From an uncultured Verrucomicrobiae bacterium (GTDB lineage Bacteria > Verrucomicrobiota > Verrucomicrobiia > Chthoniobacterales > JAFAMB01), in assembly GCA_963813025.1 (NCBI GenBank), contig CAWEXO010000004.1:64001-128000 (forward strand): a DNA stretch of 64,000 nt, given 5' to 3'. The notes beneath the pieces are model-generated. The model was not told the origin of the DNA and did not search any database. It saw only the letters and a program-made list of their open reading frames with translations. The position numbers and the translations under genes are program-made. Positions 63,301-64,000 of the stretch are shown piece by piece. The first letter of the stretch is position 1. Each line of letters opens with the position of its first letter.

Positions 63301-64000
63301 ATGAAGAAGCTTCTTACTGTACTATCTGTCTTCCTCAGTCTGGTTGGCGTACTACGGGCGTCAACCTCTGATCAAAATGCGTGGGAGACTGCCTACGACC
63401 AGTGGCTCTCTGTCCTGGCACCCTCCACTATGACAGCGGCGGCTCCTAGTATCCGGCAGTGGATGGCGCTTAACCCGATAGACAAATACGCTGCCGCTGA
63501 CGATTGGTGGTGGGCGTTACTTCAGAAATGGGGAGGGACATGGCCATTGTGTTACTACGTTGGAGGGATGAACAACCGTTTCCCCTACGATGATCTCTGG
63601 CGCGGGCCGTACCCTGGCAACAAGGTCGTTAATGTGGCTCCAGGGACTAACACACTTGACGCCGCTGTAGCTGCTCACCCCAATGGACATACTACCTACA
63701 TGCTATCCACTGGTGATTACTACACCGACGGAGGGCCAGGTGACGGAACCGGCACTGTTTATGGAGATTACAGTCAGGTCGTAGGTAAGGGCGCTGGAGT
63801 TACAAGGGTGCATGTGACCGGGGATAACATTGCTTTTAACGGCGGCACCTTTTGGAATTCAACTTTAGCGGAACACATATTGGTTGAAGGGGTGACTATA
63901 GATTGTGGCGTTACAGGAGCTGCTTTCGCCAGCCAGGGTAGCTACCAGGTTTTGCAGGCGTGCGTGATTAATAATTATGCATCTACTGCTGCCGGGTACG
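63301..64000 (+). CDS. Secreted protein with a probable right-handed beta-helix (pectate-lyase-like) domain; partial
   Basis: GGGAGG RBS, signal peptide MKKLLTVLSVFLSLVGVLRA, open to the window end; LDAAVAA..YMLSTGDY..VVGKGAGVT..ILVEGVTID pattern. Confidence 0.65.
   Translation, partial: MKKLLTVLSVFLSLVGVLRASTSDQNAWETAYDQWLSVLAPSTMTAAAPSIRQWMALNPIDKYAAADDWWWALLQKWGGTWPLCYYVGGMNNRFPYDDLWRGPYPGNKVVNVAPGTNTLDAAVAAHPNGHTTYMLSTGDYYTDGGPGDGTGTVYGDYSQVVGKGAGVTRVHVTGDNIAFNGGTFWNSTLAEHILVEGVTIDCGVTGAAFASQGSYQVLQACVINNYASTAAGY

Overview
Most of this window (1 to ~58 kb) is GC-rich housekeeping chromosome from a PVC-superphylum bacterium, most likely Verrucomicrobia. It carries the PVC signature small basic protein and a PBP1A. 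Core genes include lipB, ruvC, tdh-kbl, parC/parE-type topoisomerase subunits, an ArgZ/AgrE-like fusion, bioF, proC, a MacAB-like ABC exporter, recO, lpdA, a GT2 plus two GT-C glycosylation genes, a rhodanese-IscU-SufT cluster, rluB, miaA, secA, pyrE, ridA, lpxD, tmk-holB-sixA-pgl-ureF-like-clpS-DUF2017, speA, PBP1A, trmD and tRNA-Thr(CGT). Many genes carry single-base indels, densest at ~37.7-47.7 kb; these are most likely long-read or consensus errors. Intergenic DNA is rich in palindromic repeats and gene scraps. These include GTAG-type REP doublets, a CTAG-bounded MITE, inverted short tandem repeats, and a ~125-bp hairpin element found directly upstream of both alpha-oxoamine synthase paralogues (kbl and bioF). 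From 58,007 to the window end lies an element integrated at tRNA-Pro(TGG). It encodes a tyrosine integrase, two small HTH proteins (one with an AT-hook), an AEP-like primase, a decayed RepA-like helicase, a pair of small paralogous orphan proteins and a secreted beta-helix cargo protein, i.e. a phage-satellite or integrative-plasmid-like island. All assignments come from motif recognition by eye; no database searches were run.
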